DNA of 64,000 bases, taken from contig CBDBOC010000003.1 of NCBI GenBank assembly GCA_965208195.1, positions 794,050-858,049 on the forward strand, written 5' to 3'. Source of the DNA: Phototrophicaceae bacterium. GTDB lineage: Bacteria; Chloroflexota; Anaerolineae; Aggregatilineales; Phototrophicaceae. Under the pieces are notes generated by a model. The model was not told the origin of the DNA and searched no databases. It was given only the letters and a program-made list of their open reading frames with translations. This document shows, piece by piece, positions 57,038 through 64,000 of the stretch (position 1 is the first letter of the stretch; every line of letters begins with the position of its first letter). Made by a program: the position numbers and the translations under genes.

Positions 57038-57108
57038 CGCTGCATTCCAGGAACGGCTAACTTGACGCTACCGCAAGATTCTAACACATCCGCCCTTAAG
57101 ACGCTTTT

Positions 57109-57228
57109 CTCTGCGCCCTCTGCGTCCTCTGTAGTTCAATCAAACGTGCTATACTCCCCAGCATGCAAGCGACGACCGCCCAGCCCACAGCCTTCCACCT
57201 TATGACCAAGCCGCGGGGGGCGATCTGC
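57109..57228 (+). repeat. inverted repeat copy plus duplicated promoter and first 22 codons of the sulfatase maturase gene (direct-repeat copy 1)
   Basis: 57109-57141 is the reverse complement of 55906-55938 at 31 of 33 positions. 57115-57228 aligns with 58411-58525 at about 103 of 115 positions (hand alignment). Confidence 0.8.
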
Positions 57229-57243
57229 AGTCACGCTTCCGCG

Positions 57244-58320
57244 CTAATCGTCCGAGTCATATTTGGCAACCGTCGCCTTTAACGCGTCCGCATACTTGTA
57301 TAAGTCGTCGACCGCTTCTATGCGAATACGCGCTTCTTCATCGCTGTGGAACAAGCTGACATACTTGGTCGATCTGTTGAAGTGCAGCCTGCAAATTGGC
57401 TGGCGGTTGTTGTCATCGAGAAGGATGCCGCAGTAAGACCGAACGTCTCGAATGAACACTCTTGACACGTCGATAGTTTCGCGCAGAATCGACTTGACGA
57501 CGTAGAAACCGTCCAGTTCTTCCTCTGTGGTTTCGATACCGTCCGTCTTGAGGGCAACTTCCGCATCATCCGTCTCTTCTTCGCGTTTGCCCTCACTGTT
57601 GCCAGCCGTAGAATTGATGGCGGATTGCAGTCTATCGGCGACCCGGTCGTTAAGGAATTCGCGAAATGCCTGTTTTACGATTTCCGTAAATTCTGCGATT
57701 ACATTCGATCTAAGCTGCCCGGAATAGACCGGCTTGGCAAAGTGTCGAACAAAGTCGTCAGAAGGCTGGTTGTACTCGCCTTCTAACAAGAGCTTTATCT
57801 CCCGCTTGTATTTGAGCTCGTTGGCGCTGGACAGGATCCGATCGACATCAAAAGCTGATTTAGAGAACTTCTTCAGCTGAGCTATGGGGCGCGTATCGAA
57901 GTTGAGCAAGTCGATAATGAGAAACGGCTTCTCATCCATGTGATTTGGTTTTTCCAGGTCTGAGTGGAAGCGATATTCAAGGCCGTTGGTCAGAATACCT
58001 ATGCGAGCCTCGGTCACGCTGAAATAGCGAAAGAGTTGCGATGCATGTTCTTCGTTTAGGTTCGCCGTCGCTGACTTGGCCTCGATCAAGATAATTGGCT
58101 TGCCGTCCTGCATGATTGCATAATCAACCTTTTCGTTCTTCTTGGTGCCGATGTCAGCGGTGAACTCGGGAACCACCTCCAATGGATTGAAGACGTTGTA
58201 GCCAAGCGCTTGAATGAATGGCATTACGAATGCGTTCTTGGTTGCTTCTTCGGTCTTGATGTAATCAAGCTGACGAGGCGCCTGGTTAGAAATCTCGCGC
58301 ATGCGGTCAATGAGGTCCAT
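57244..58320 (-). CDS. HsdR-N-like PD-(D/E)xK domain protein, paralogue B
   Basis: 358 aa, AT-richer. It contains FVMPFIQALGY, PEFTADIG, KVD66YAIMQDGKPIILIE80AK82 and GILTNGLEYR. The C-terminal part reads GFYVVKSIL...YCGILLDDNNRQPICRLHFN. Confidence 0.75.
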   Translation of the reverse strand: MDLIDRMREISNQAPRQLDYIKTEEATKNAFVMPFIQALGYNVFNPLEVVPEFTADIGTKKNEKVDYAIMQDGKPIILIEAKSATANLNEEHASQLFRYFSVTEARIGILTNGLEYRFHSDLEKPNHMDEKPFLIIDLLNFDTRPIAQLKKFSKSAFDVDRILSSANELKYKREIKLLLEGEYNQPSDDFVRHFAKPVYSGQLRSNVIAEFTEIVKQAFREFLNDRVADRLQSAINSTAGNSEGKREEETDDAEVALKTDGIETTEEELDGFYVVKSILRETIDVSRVFIRDVRSYCGILLDDNNRQPICRLHFNRSTKYVSLFHSDEEARIRIEAVDDLYKYADALKATVAKYDSDD

Positions 58321-58410
58321 TTATACTCTCCTTCATTGCAACGGCATAAATCGAATGACGCTAGTATATCATAGCATTAACATTTGCGCCTAATCATTTG
58401 CCGCTGCTGC

Positions 58411-58525
58411 GCGCTCTGCGTCCTCTGTAGTTCAATCAAGACGTGCTATACTCCCCACCATGCAAGCCACGACGCAACAACCCACCGCCTTCCACCTGAT
58501 GACCAAGCCGCGGGGCGCGATCTGC
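58411..58525 (+). repeat. direct-repeat copy 2 (native promoter and 5' end of the maturase gene)
   Basis: See 57109-57228. The period is 1297 bp (ATG at 57163 versus ATG at 58460). Confidence 0.8.
58447..58452 (+). promoter_or_regulatory. TATACT -10 box placed for a leaderless maturase transcript
   Basis: TATACT ends 7 nt before the ATG at 58460 with no Shine-Dalgarno sequence. The box is also present in the duplicated copy at 57150-57155. Confidence 0.3.
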
Positions 58526-59764
58526 AACCTCGACTGCAAGTACTGCTATTTCCTCTCCAAAGAAGCGCTCTATCCGGGCAGCAAGTTCCGCATGTCGGAG
58601 ACGCTGCTTGAAGAGTACATCCGACAGTACATCGACGCGCAGCAGGTGGACGACATCAACTTCGCCTGGCAGGGTGGCGAGCCCACGCTGATGGGGCTGG
58701 ATTTCTATAAGCAGGCGGTGGGCTACCAGCAGAAGCACAAGCGGGCCGGCATGCGCATCACCAACGCGCTGCAGACCAACGCCGTCACGCTGGACGACGA
58801 CTGGTGCGATTTCTTCGCTGAGAACGACTTCCTCATCGGCGTCAGCCTGGACGGCCCGCGTGATGTGCACGATTACTATCGCGTGGACAAGGGTGGCAAC
58901 CCCACCTTCGACAAGGTGATGGCGGGCTTGCGCTTGCTGCAGAAGCATGAAGCCGAATACAACGTGCTTACGACCGTGCACGCCGCCAACGAGGGGCAAG
59001 GCGCGCGCGTATATGAGTTTCTGCGCGACGAGGTCGGCACGAAGTTCATGCAGTTCATCCCCATCGTCGAGCGCGATAATGACACCGGCTATCAGGAAGG
59101 CGACCGCGTCACCGACCGTTCAGTGACCGCGGCCGGCTATGGGCAATTCCTCATCGACATGTACGAGCAGTGGGTGCGGCGCGATGTGGGGCGGGTCTTC
59201 GTGCAGATCTTTGATATTGCGCTGGCCGCCTGGACGGGCGCGCCGCCCGGCCTCTGCATCTTCGACGAGACCTGCGGCCTGGCGCTGGCGATGGAGCACA
59301 ACGGCGATGTCTTCTCTTGCGACCATTATGTCGAGCCGGATTACAAGCTGGGCAATATCATGGAGGTGCCGCTGAGCGAGATCGTGGTGATGGACGAGCA
59401 AGTCAAGTTCGGCCAGGACAAGCGCGATACGCTGCCGCAATACTGCCTCGACTGCGAGGTCAAGTTCGTCTGCAACGGCGGCTGCCCCAAGAATCGCTTC
59501 ATATCGACGCCGGATGGCGAGCCGGGCTTGAACTACCTCTGCGCCGGTTATCGCGCCTTCTTCAACCACCTGCGGCCGACGATGAATTTCATGGCGGCTG
59601 AGCTGGCTCAGCGGCGCCCGCCGGCCAATGTGATGCTGCAAATGGCGCGCTATGATACCGAGCTGGAGCGGGCTTTCGCGGCTGCCGGGCGCAACGACCC
59701 TTGCCCTTGCGGCAGCGGGAAGAAGTTCAAGCGATGTCATGGTTCGCGGCGGCGCGGCAATTAG
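58460..59764 (+). CDS. anaerobic sulfatase-maturating enzyme (radical SAM/SPASM) with C-terminal SEC-C motif
   Basis: The radical SAM motif is CNLDCKYCY. The SPASM Cys cluster is CLDCEVKFVCNGGCPKNR. The C-terminal tail reads DPCPCGSGKKFKRCHG. Confidence 0.85.
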   Translation: MQATTQQPTAFHLMTKPRGAICNLDCKYCYFLSKEALYPGSKFRMSETLLEEYIRQYIDAQQVDDINFAWQGGEPTLMGLDFYKQAVGYQQKHKRAGMRITNALQTNAVTLDDDWCDFFAENDFLIGVSLDGPRDVHDYYRVDKGGNPTFDKVMAGLRLLQKHEAEYNVLTTVHAANEGQGARVYEFLRDEVGTKFMQFIPIVERDNDTGYQEGDRVTDRSVTAAGYGQFLIDMYEQWVRRDVGRVFVQIFDIALAAWTGAPPGLCIFDETCGLALAMEHNGDVFSCDHYVEPDYKLGNIMEVPLSEIVVMDEQVKFGQDKRDTLPQYCLDCEVKFVCNGGCPKNRFISTPDGEPGLNYLCAGYRAFFNHLRPTMNFMAAELAQRRPPANVMLQMARYDTELERAFAAAGRNDPCPCGSGKKFKRCHGSRRRGN

Positions 59765-59938
59765 CTTGAAGTCACAATTGCTGGTATGTGTCTTCGGTGT
59801 CTCTTCTTTTATGAACCTGGCTGCTCGCGAGAACAGACGTCTCCTTAGTGTGTAAGCGAGGAAGTTTTTTTCGCTGCCGCTGAGCGGCTGTGGATAAAAT
59901 AAGCGACAGGCAATTAACCACTTGAGAAGGATCATCTC

Positions 59939-60325
59939 ATGCCAAAACAGGTTATCTCAACAGACAAGGCGCCGGCGGCGGTCGGTGCTTATTCGCAAGG
60001 CATCATCGCAGACGGCTTCGTCTTCACCGCCGGGCAGATTCCGCTGATCCCGGGCACGTCAGAGCTGCGCCAGGGCGGCATTCAAGCGCAGACGCGTCAG
60101 GTGCTGAACAACATCAGCGGCGTGCTGGAAGCGGCTGGCAGCGGGCTCGACCAAGTGGTCAAGACGACGGTCTTCCTGGCGGATATCGACGACTTCGCCG
60201 AATTCAACGCTGTCTATGCCGAATTCTTCACGGCTGATCCGCCGGCGCGCACCACGGTTCAAGCGGGTGGCTTGCCGCTGGGCGCGCTGATTGAGATCGA
60301 AGCGGTGGCGCGGCTGGGCGAATAG
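59939..60325 (+). CDS. ridA: RidA/YjgF family enamine/imine deaminase
   Basis: 128 aa with KAPAAVGAYSQGI...VFTAGQIPL...ARTTVQAGGLPLGALIEIEAVA. Confidence 0.9.
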   Translation: MPKQVISTDKAPAAVGAYSQGIIADGFVFTAGQIPLIPGTSELRQGGIQAQTRQVLNNISGVLEAAGSGLDQVVKTTVFLADIDDFAEFNAVYAEFFTADPPARTTVQAGGLPLGALIEIEAVARLGE

Positions 60326-60401
60326 CCTACGCAGCGCCCGCCCGCTCTGCTATACTGTCCCGCGCTTAGTCGGGCGATGTACAACCGAGGACTGGACTGC
60401 A

Positions 60402-60965
60402 ATGATTGACGTTAATCAACTGCGCAAAGGCACGACCTTCACGCAGGGCGATAACCTCTACCGCGTGCTGGAGTACCGGCATCACAAACCCGGCCGGGGC
60501 AAAGCCACCATCCGCGTGACCGTGCGCGACTTGCGCAGCGGCGCCACCTTTGAGATGACCTTCAACTCGGGCGAGCGCGTCGAAGATATCCGCGTGGAAG
60601 CCAATCGCGTCGAGTACCTCTACGCCGATGACGACTTCATCACCTTCATGAACACCGAAACTTATGAGCAGCCACAGCTCAACCGCGCCATATTCGGCGA
60701 CGACCTCAAGTACATCAAGGACAGCATGGAGATCAAGCTGCTGAGCTACGAGGGCGAGATCATCGATTATGAGCTGCCCAAAACGATGGATTACGAGGTG
60801 ATTGAAGTGGAAGCCGCCATCGCCGGAGACACCGCCAACAGCCCGACCAAGAAGATCAAGCTGGAAAGCGGCTTTGAGGTCAGCGCGCCCATGTTCATCA
60901 ATGTGGGCGATGTGGTCAAGGTCAACCTCGAAGAAGAGGCCTACGTCACCCGCGTCAGCAAGTGA
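60402..60965 (+). CDS. efp: elongation factor P
   Basis: 187 aa. MIDVNQLRKGTTF...HHKPGRGKATIRV... aligns along its full length with B. subtilis and E. coli EF-P as I remember them. Confidence 0.93.
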   Translation: MIDVNQLRKGTTFTQGDNLYRVLEYRHHKPGRGKATIRVTVRDLRSGATFEMTFNSGERVEDIRVEANRVEYLYADDDFITFMNTETYEQPQLNRAIFGDDLKYIKDSMEIKLLSYEGEIIDYELPKTMDYEVIEVEAAIAGDTANSPTKKIKLESGFEVSAPMFINVGDVVKVNLEEEAYVTRVSK

Positions 60966-61033
60966 ATCCTCCAGCTGCGAGGTATATGTAGGGGCGGCCT
61001 ATCAGGTCGCCCGCCATCACCAGCGTTTGTATG

Positions 61034-62362
61034 TCACGGCGCCAGCCCCGGCACGATCACGCGGACGAGCAGATAGATATCCAGCGCGAAGAGGCAAGCG
61101 AGCGCCAATACCATCAGCCAGCGCGCCGGCGGCCAACGGCTCAAGAAGCGGGCGCGCCAGGCATCGACGCCGCAGACCAGGCCGACGCTAATTGGCAGCA
61201 GGGCCGGGAAGAGATAGCGCCCCTGCCACTGCAGGAACTCGAGGTTGTAGTAGCCGAATTGCAGCAGGACCAGCGCCAGCGCCACCAGCAAAATCAGCAT
61301 GAAATCGAGGCGCGGGCCGGTGGGCAAGCAACGCCGGGCCATCAGCGCCAGCCCGGCCAGGCCAGCCGCGCTGAATAGGCCGAAGCCAAGGTAAATCCAG
61401 CCGCCGAGCACCTGATCGAGCGGCAGCGCCATCCAGCCGAACTGGCCCCAGAAGCTCCTAAAGGTGACGCCAGCCATTTGCGAAAGGTAAGACGTGAAAC
61501 CATGCTGCGCGATGAAGTCGGCGCTGCGCGGCTGATCGTGGACGACGGCGTCATGCGCGGCCAGGCCGAAGACATCGGGGAAGCCGTAGACGCCGATATT
61601 GCGCAGCCACCAGGCGCCGCCCATCAGCCCGGCGACCAGGGCGAAGACGGCGAGCTGGCGAGCCAGGTCGCGCGGCGAACCACGATCACGACGCCAGCGC
61701 AGCCACATGGCCAGCGGCATCAGCAGGGCCAGAAAATAGATCGTGAGCTTGGTCAAGAAAGCCAGGCCGACGATGAGACCCAACTGCCAGGGCGGCACTG
61801 TCTCGCCATCCAGGAAACGCAACAATTGAAGCAGGGCCAGCGCCACGACAAGCTCGGCCAGGGCGTCATTGTTGACGGCGCTGAGCATGCCCAGGTGCTG
61901 CGGCAGGAATGCCACCAACGCCATGACCCCGAGCGCGACCTGCGGCTGATGCGGCAGCAGTCGACGGCTTATGGCGTAGCTCAGCCCGACCACGCCGGCG
62001 CCGATGACGACCGAGAAAAGGCGCAGCGCGATCAGGTCGCCCGCGCTGAACCGGAAGACGACCGCGGCCAGCAGATAGTAGAGCGGCGGTTGATGATCTT
62101 CGTATTGCATCGTGTCCAGGGCGCCCAGCTCAGCCGGCGCGAATCTGACGGTCGTGAGCAATGACAGGTATTCGCCATCCCAATCGCCGTCTTCAATGAG
62201 CGGGCAGCAGCCAAATTCGGCGATATGCCGCACATAATTGTAGTGGGCGGGTTCGTCAGGGGTTTGCCAAGCAGGCGTGTAGATTGCGAAGAGAGCGCCG
62301 GCGACAAAATAGCCCAGCAGGATGAGCGCTAAGGGGAACTGTTGGGCGCGACTTGGGGGCAT
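61034..62362 (-). CDS. GT-C fold membrane glycosyltransferase (GT39/PMT_2-like)
   Basis: 442 aa and polytopic, with the first-loop motif TPDEPAHYNYVRHI. Confidence 0.7.
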   Translation of the reverse strand: MPPSRAQQFPLALILLGYFVAGALFAIYTPAWQTPDEPAHYNYVRHIAEFGCCPLIEDGDWDGEYLSLLTTVRFAPAELGALDTMQYEDHQPPLYYLLAAVVFRFSAGDLIALRLFSVVIGAGVVGLSYAISRRLLPHQPQVALGVMALVAFLPQHLGMLSAVNNDALAELVVALALLQLLRFLDGETVPPWQLGLIVGLAFLTKLTIYFLALLMPLAMWLRWRRDRGSPRDLARQLAVFALVAGLMGGAWWLRNIGVYGFPDVFGLAAHDAVVHDQPRSADFIAQHGFTSYLSQMAGVTFRSFWGQFGWMALPLDQVLGGWIYLGFGLFSAAGLAGLALMARRCLPTGPRLDFMLILLVALALVLLQFGYYNLEFLQWQGRYLFPALLPISVGLVCGVDAWRARFLSRWPPARWLMVLALACLFALDIYLLVRVIVPGLAP

Positions 62363-62634
62363 ATCTGCCTGTACACTTCAGCGCTGTACAATACCCCAAT
62401 CATGGCACAGAACCGACGCTTTGCCACCGTCTGCATCCGGGCTGAGGCGCGTGAGACGGGCGGGGCAAGCGACCCCGGCGGTAGCGCTTTCTGTGCGATA
62501 ACGCCTGCTTGACGACGTTCCGCGGCAGCGCTCCGGCGAAAAATCGCGCGGCAATCCAGCGGCAGCGACGCGCATCGGGCGAACGAAACTGCGCTATACT
62601 AAGGCGATATCCGAAACGGGACTACGAGGCAGCA

Positions 62635-63666
62635 ATGGGTATAGGCGGGATGCGGGTCGTTTCCATCGGTGGCGGCTTGGGCGCGGTACAAATCATGCGC
62701 GGGCTTCAGCAGCACACGGACGATCTGACCGGCATCATCGCCGTCACAGACACCGGCCGCAGCACCGGCATCGTACGCGAATTCGCCCAGATCCCGGCGC
62801 CGGGCGACATCCGCAACGCCTTGGCTACGCTGGCGCGCCATGACGATTCGCTGCTGACGCGACTGGTGCAGCATCGCATCGCCGCGCCCGGCGATCCGCA
62901 GCTGGATGGCATGGCCTTCGGCAACCTCCTCATCGCCGCGCTGACGCAAATGTCAGGCAGCTTCATCACGGCTATCCAGCAATTCAGCGCCATGCTCGAG
63001 GTGCAAGCCGCCATCTATCCGGTGACCGAAGAGAATACGCATATTTGCGCCGAGCTGGTGGACGGCACGATTGTCGAGCAGGAGTTCTACGTGCGGCAGC
63101 TGGACAAGGCCGCCATCAAGCGCATCTTCGTGCAAAACCCGCAAGCCACCGCCTACGCGCCCTGCATCGACGCGCTGCAGCGGGCCGACTTGATCACCAT
63201 CGGGCCGGGCAGCCTCTTCACCACCATCATCGCCTGCCTGGCCTTCCGCGAGATCTCGCAAGCCATCCGCGATTCGAGCGCGCTCAAAGTCTTCGTCTGC
63301 AATACCACCACGCAGCCGGGCCAGACCGACGGCTTCTCGCTCTCGGATCATGTGCAACAGGTGATGTCTTATCTGGGCATCGGCGTGCTGGATTATGTCG
63401 TGCTCAACGCGGCCGAGCCGGGCGCCGAATTGATGGAACTCTACGCGCGGGAGCGGGTGGATGTGCTGCTGCCGACGACCGACGAAGTGCACAAAATCTT
63501 GACGATGAATGTGACGCCGGTGCTGGCGGATGTGGCCGATACCGCCTCGGGCAAGCGCGAGTTGTGGCAGAAGCAGGACACCATCCGCCATAACCCGGAG
63601 CTCATCGCCGACGCGCTGCTGGGGCTGATGACGGAGCGGGTGGCGCCCGCCGGCAGTTGGAACTAG
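62635..63666 (+). CDS. yvcK: YvcK/CofD-family (UPF0052) gluconeogenesis/cell-shape factor
   Basis: MRVVSIGGGLGAVQIMRGL...IIAVTDTGRSTG...GPGSLFTTI. Confidence 0.85.
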   Translation: MGIGGMRVVSIGGGLGAVQIMRGLQQHTDDLTGIIAVTDTGRSTGIVREFAQIPAPGDIRNALATLARHDDSLLTRLVQHRIAAPGDPQLDGMAFGNLLIAALTQMSGSFITAIQQFSAMLEVQAAIYPVTEENTHICAELVDGTIVEQEFYVRQLDKAAIKRIFVQNPQATAYAPCIDALQRADLITIGPGSLFTTIIACLAFREISQAIRDSSALKVFVCNTTTQPGQTDGFSLSDHVQQVMSYLGIGVLDYVVLNAAEPGAELMELYARERVDVLLPTTDEVHKILTMNVTPVLADVADTASGKRELWQKQDTIRHNPELIADALLGLMTERVAPAGSWN

Positions 63667-64000
63667 GGCGGCAATTCGGGGAGCGCTGCACCCTCCCAGG
63701 TTTGCAGATCCATTGTCCGCAAGCAGGGTGTCGATCTTGTCAAACTTGCGGTCCAGCGATTAGAGCGCGCGCCGGTCAATTCGCGGAACTTGCGCTCGAG
63801 CGTGGCGAAGTTCTTCTCCATCCCATCCATGTGCTCGCTGTATTTGGCCCACTCGCTTCGTATTTCAGTGAGCACGGCGAAAATCTCCCGCGATTTACGC
63901 TCGAAGGCCAGGCTTTGCGCTGCCTGATGGATGACGGCCAAAACCGGATACAAATTCAGCGGCGAACACAAGATGATCTTGCTGCGCAACGCCGCGTCCA
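63663..64000 (-). CDS. rmuC: DNA recombination protein RmuC, C-terminal part (gene continues beyond the window)
   Basis: IILCSPLNLYPVLAVIHQAAQSLAFERKSREI is RmuC-like. The last ~35 codons look partly out of frame (see findings). Confidence 0.7.
   Translation of the reverse strand, partial: DAALRSKIILCSPLNLYPVLAVIHQAAQSLAFERKSREIFAVLTEIRSEWAKYSEHMDGMEKNFATLERKFRELTGARSNRWTASLTRSTPCLRTMDLQTWEGAALPELPP

Noticed and set aside
57163-57282. Short ORF beginning MQATTAQPTAFHLMTKPRGAICS as a real gene
   Set aside because: It is the duplicated 5' fragment of the maturase gene. It diverges after codon 22 into sequence antisense to paralogue B and stops soon after.

Overview
High-G+C bacterial chromosomal window with about 50 protein genes. 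I found no rRNA, tRNA, CRISPR array, transposase or integrase. The gene content (SpoVS homologue, several GT-C/YfhO-type envelope glycosyltransferases, a ~960-aa double-vWA protein, leaderless-looking promoters, dense short intergenic repeats) suggests a Chloroflexota-like organism, but that is inference only. Most genes are housekeeping or envelope functions: tkt, galE, efp, holB, rluD-type, yvcK, rmuC (partial), ridA-type, a CUT1 sugar ABC operon, an NfeD/SPFH pair, DinB paralogues, and a sulfatase plus its radical-SAM maturase.

The accessory or unusual content, in order of interest:
1. A visibly AT-richer island at 55.8-58.5 kb carries two diverged HsdR-N-like PD-(D/E)xK proteins. It is bracketed by inverted repeat copies and a 1297-bp duplication scar that copies the promoter and 5' end of the neighbouring maturase gene.
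2. An AT-richer methyltransferase plus putative restriction endonuclease pair at 28.0-30.5 kb.
3. A translationally coupled small protein plus HNH nuclease pair at 54.2-54.9 kb.
4. A YfhO-type GT-C protein fused to a Wzx/MOP flippase, read through two compensating frameshifts.
5. A three-gene operon with 1-nt overlaps: His-rich polytopic membrane protein, YtkA-PCuAC copper chaperone fusion, GNAT.
6. A ~1400-aa membrane protein with an atypical kinase-like domain.
7. A Na+/Ca2+ exchanger encoded as two half-genes ahead of a membrane polyferredoxin.
8. EF-P with Arg at the loop-tip modification position.
9. Two or three families of short dispersed intergenic repeats, some in MITE-like inverted pairs.

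Several genes carry frame disruptions (YfhO fusion, sulfatase, rmuC tail, possibly the exchanger), so assembly indel errors must be excluded first. All coordinates, alignments and motif calls were made by eye from the sequence and the ORF track. No database search or computation was possible.
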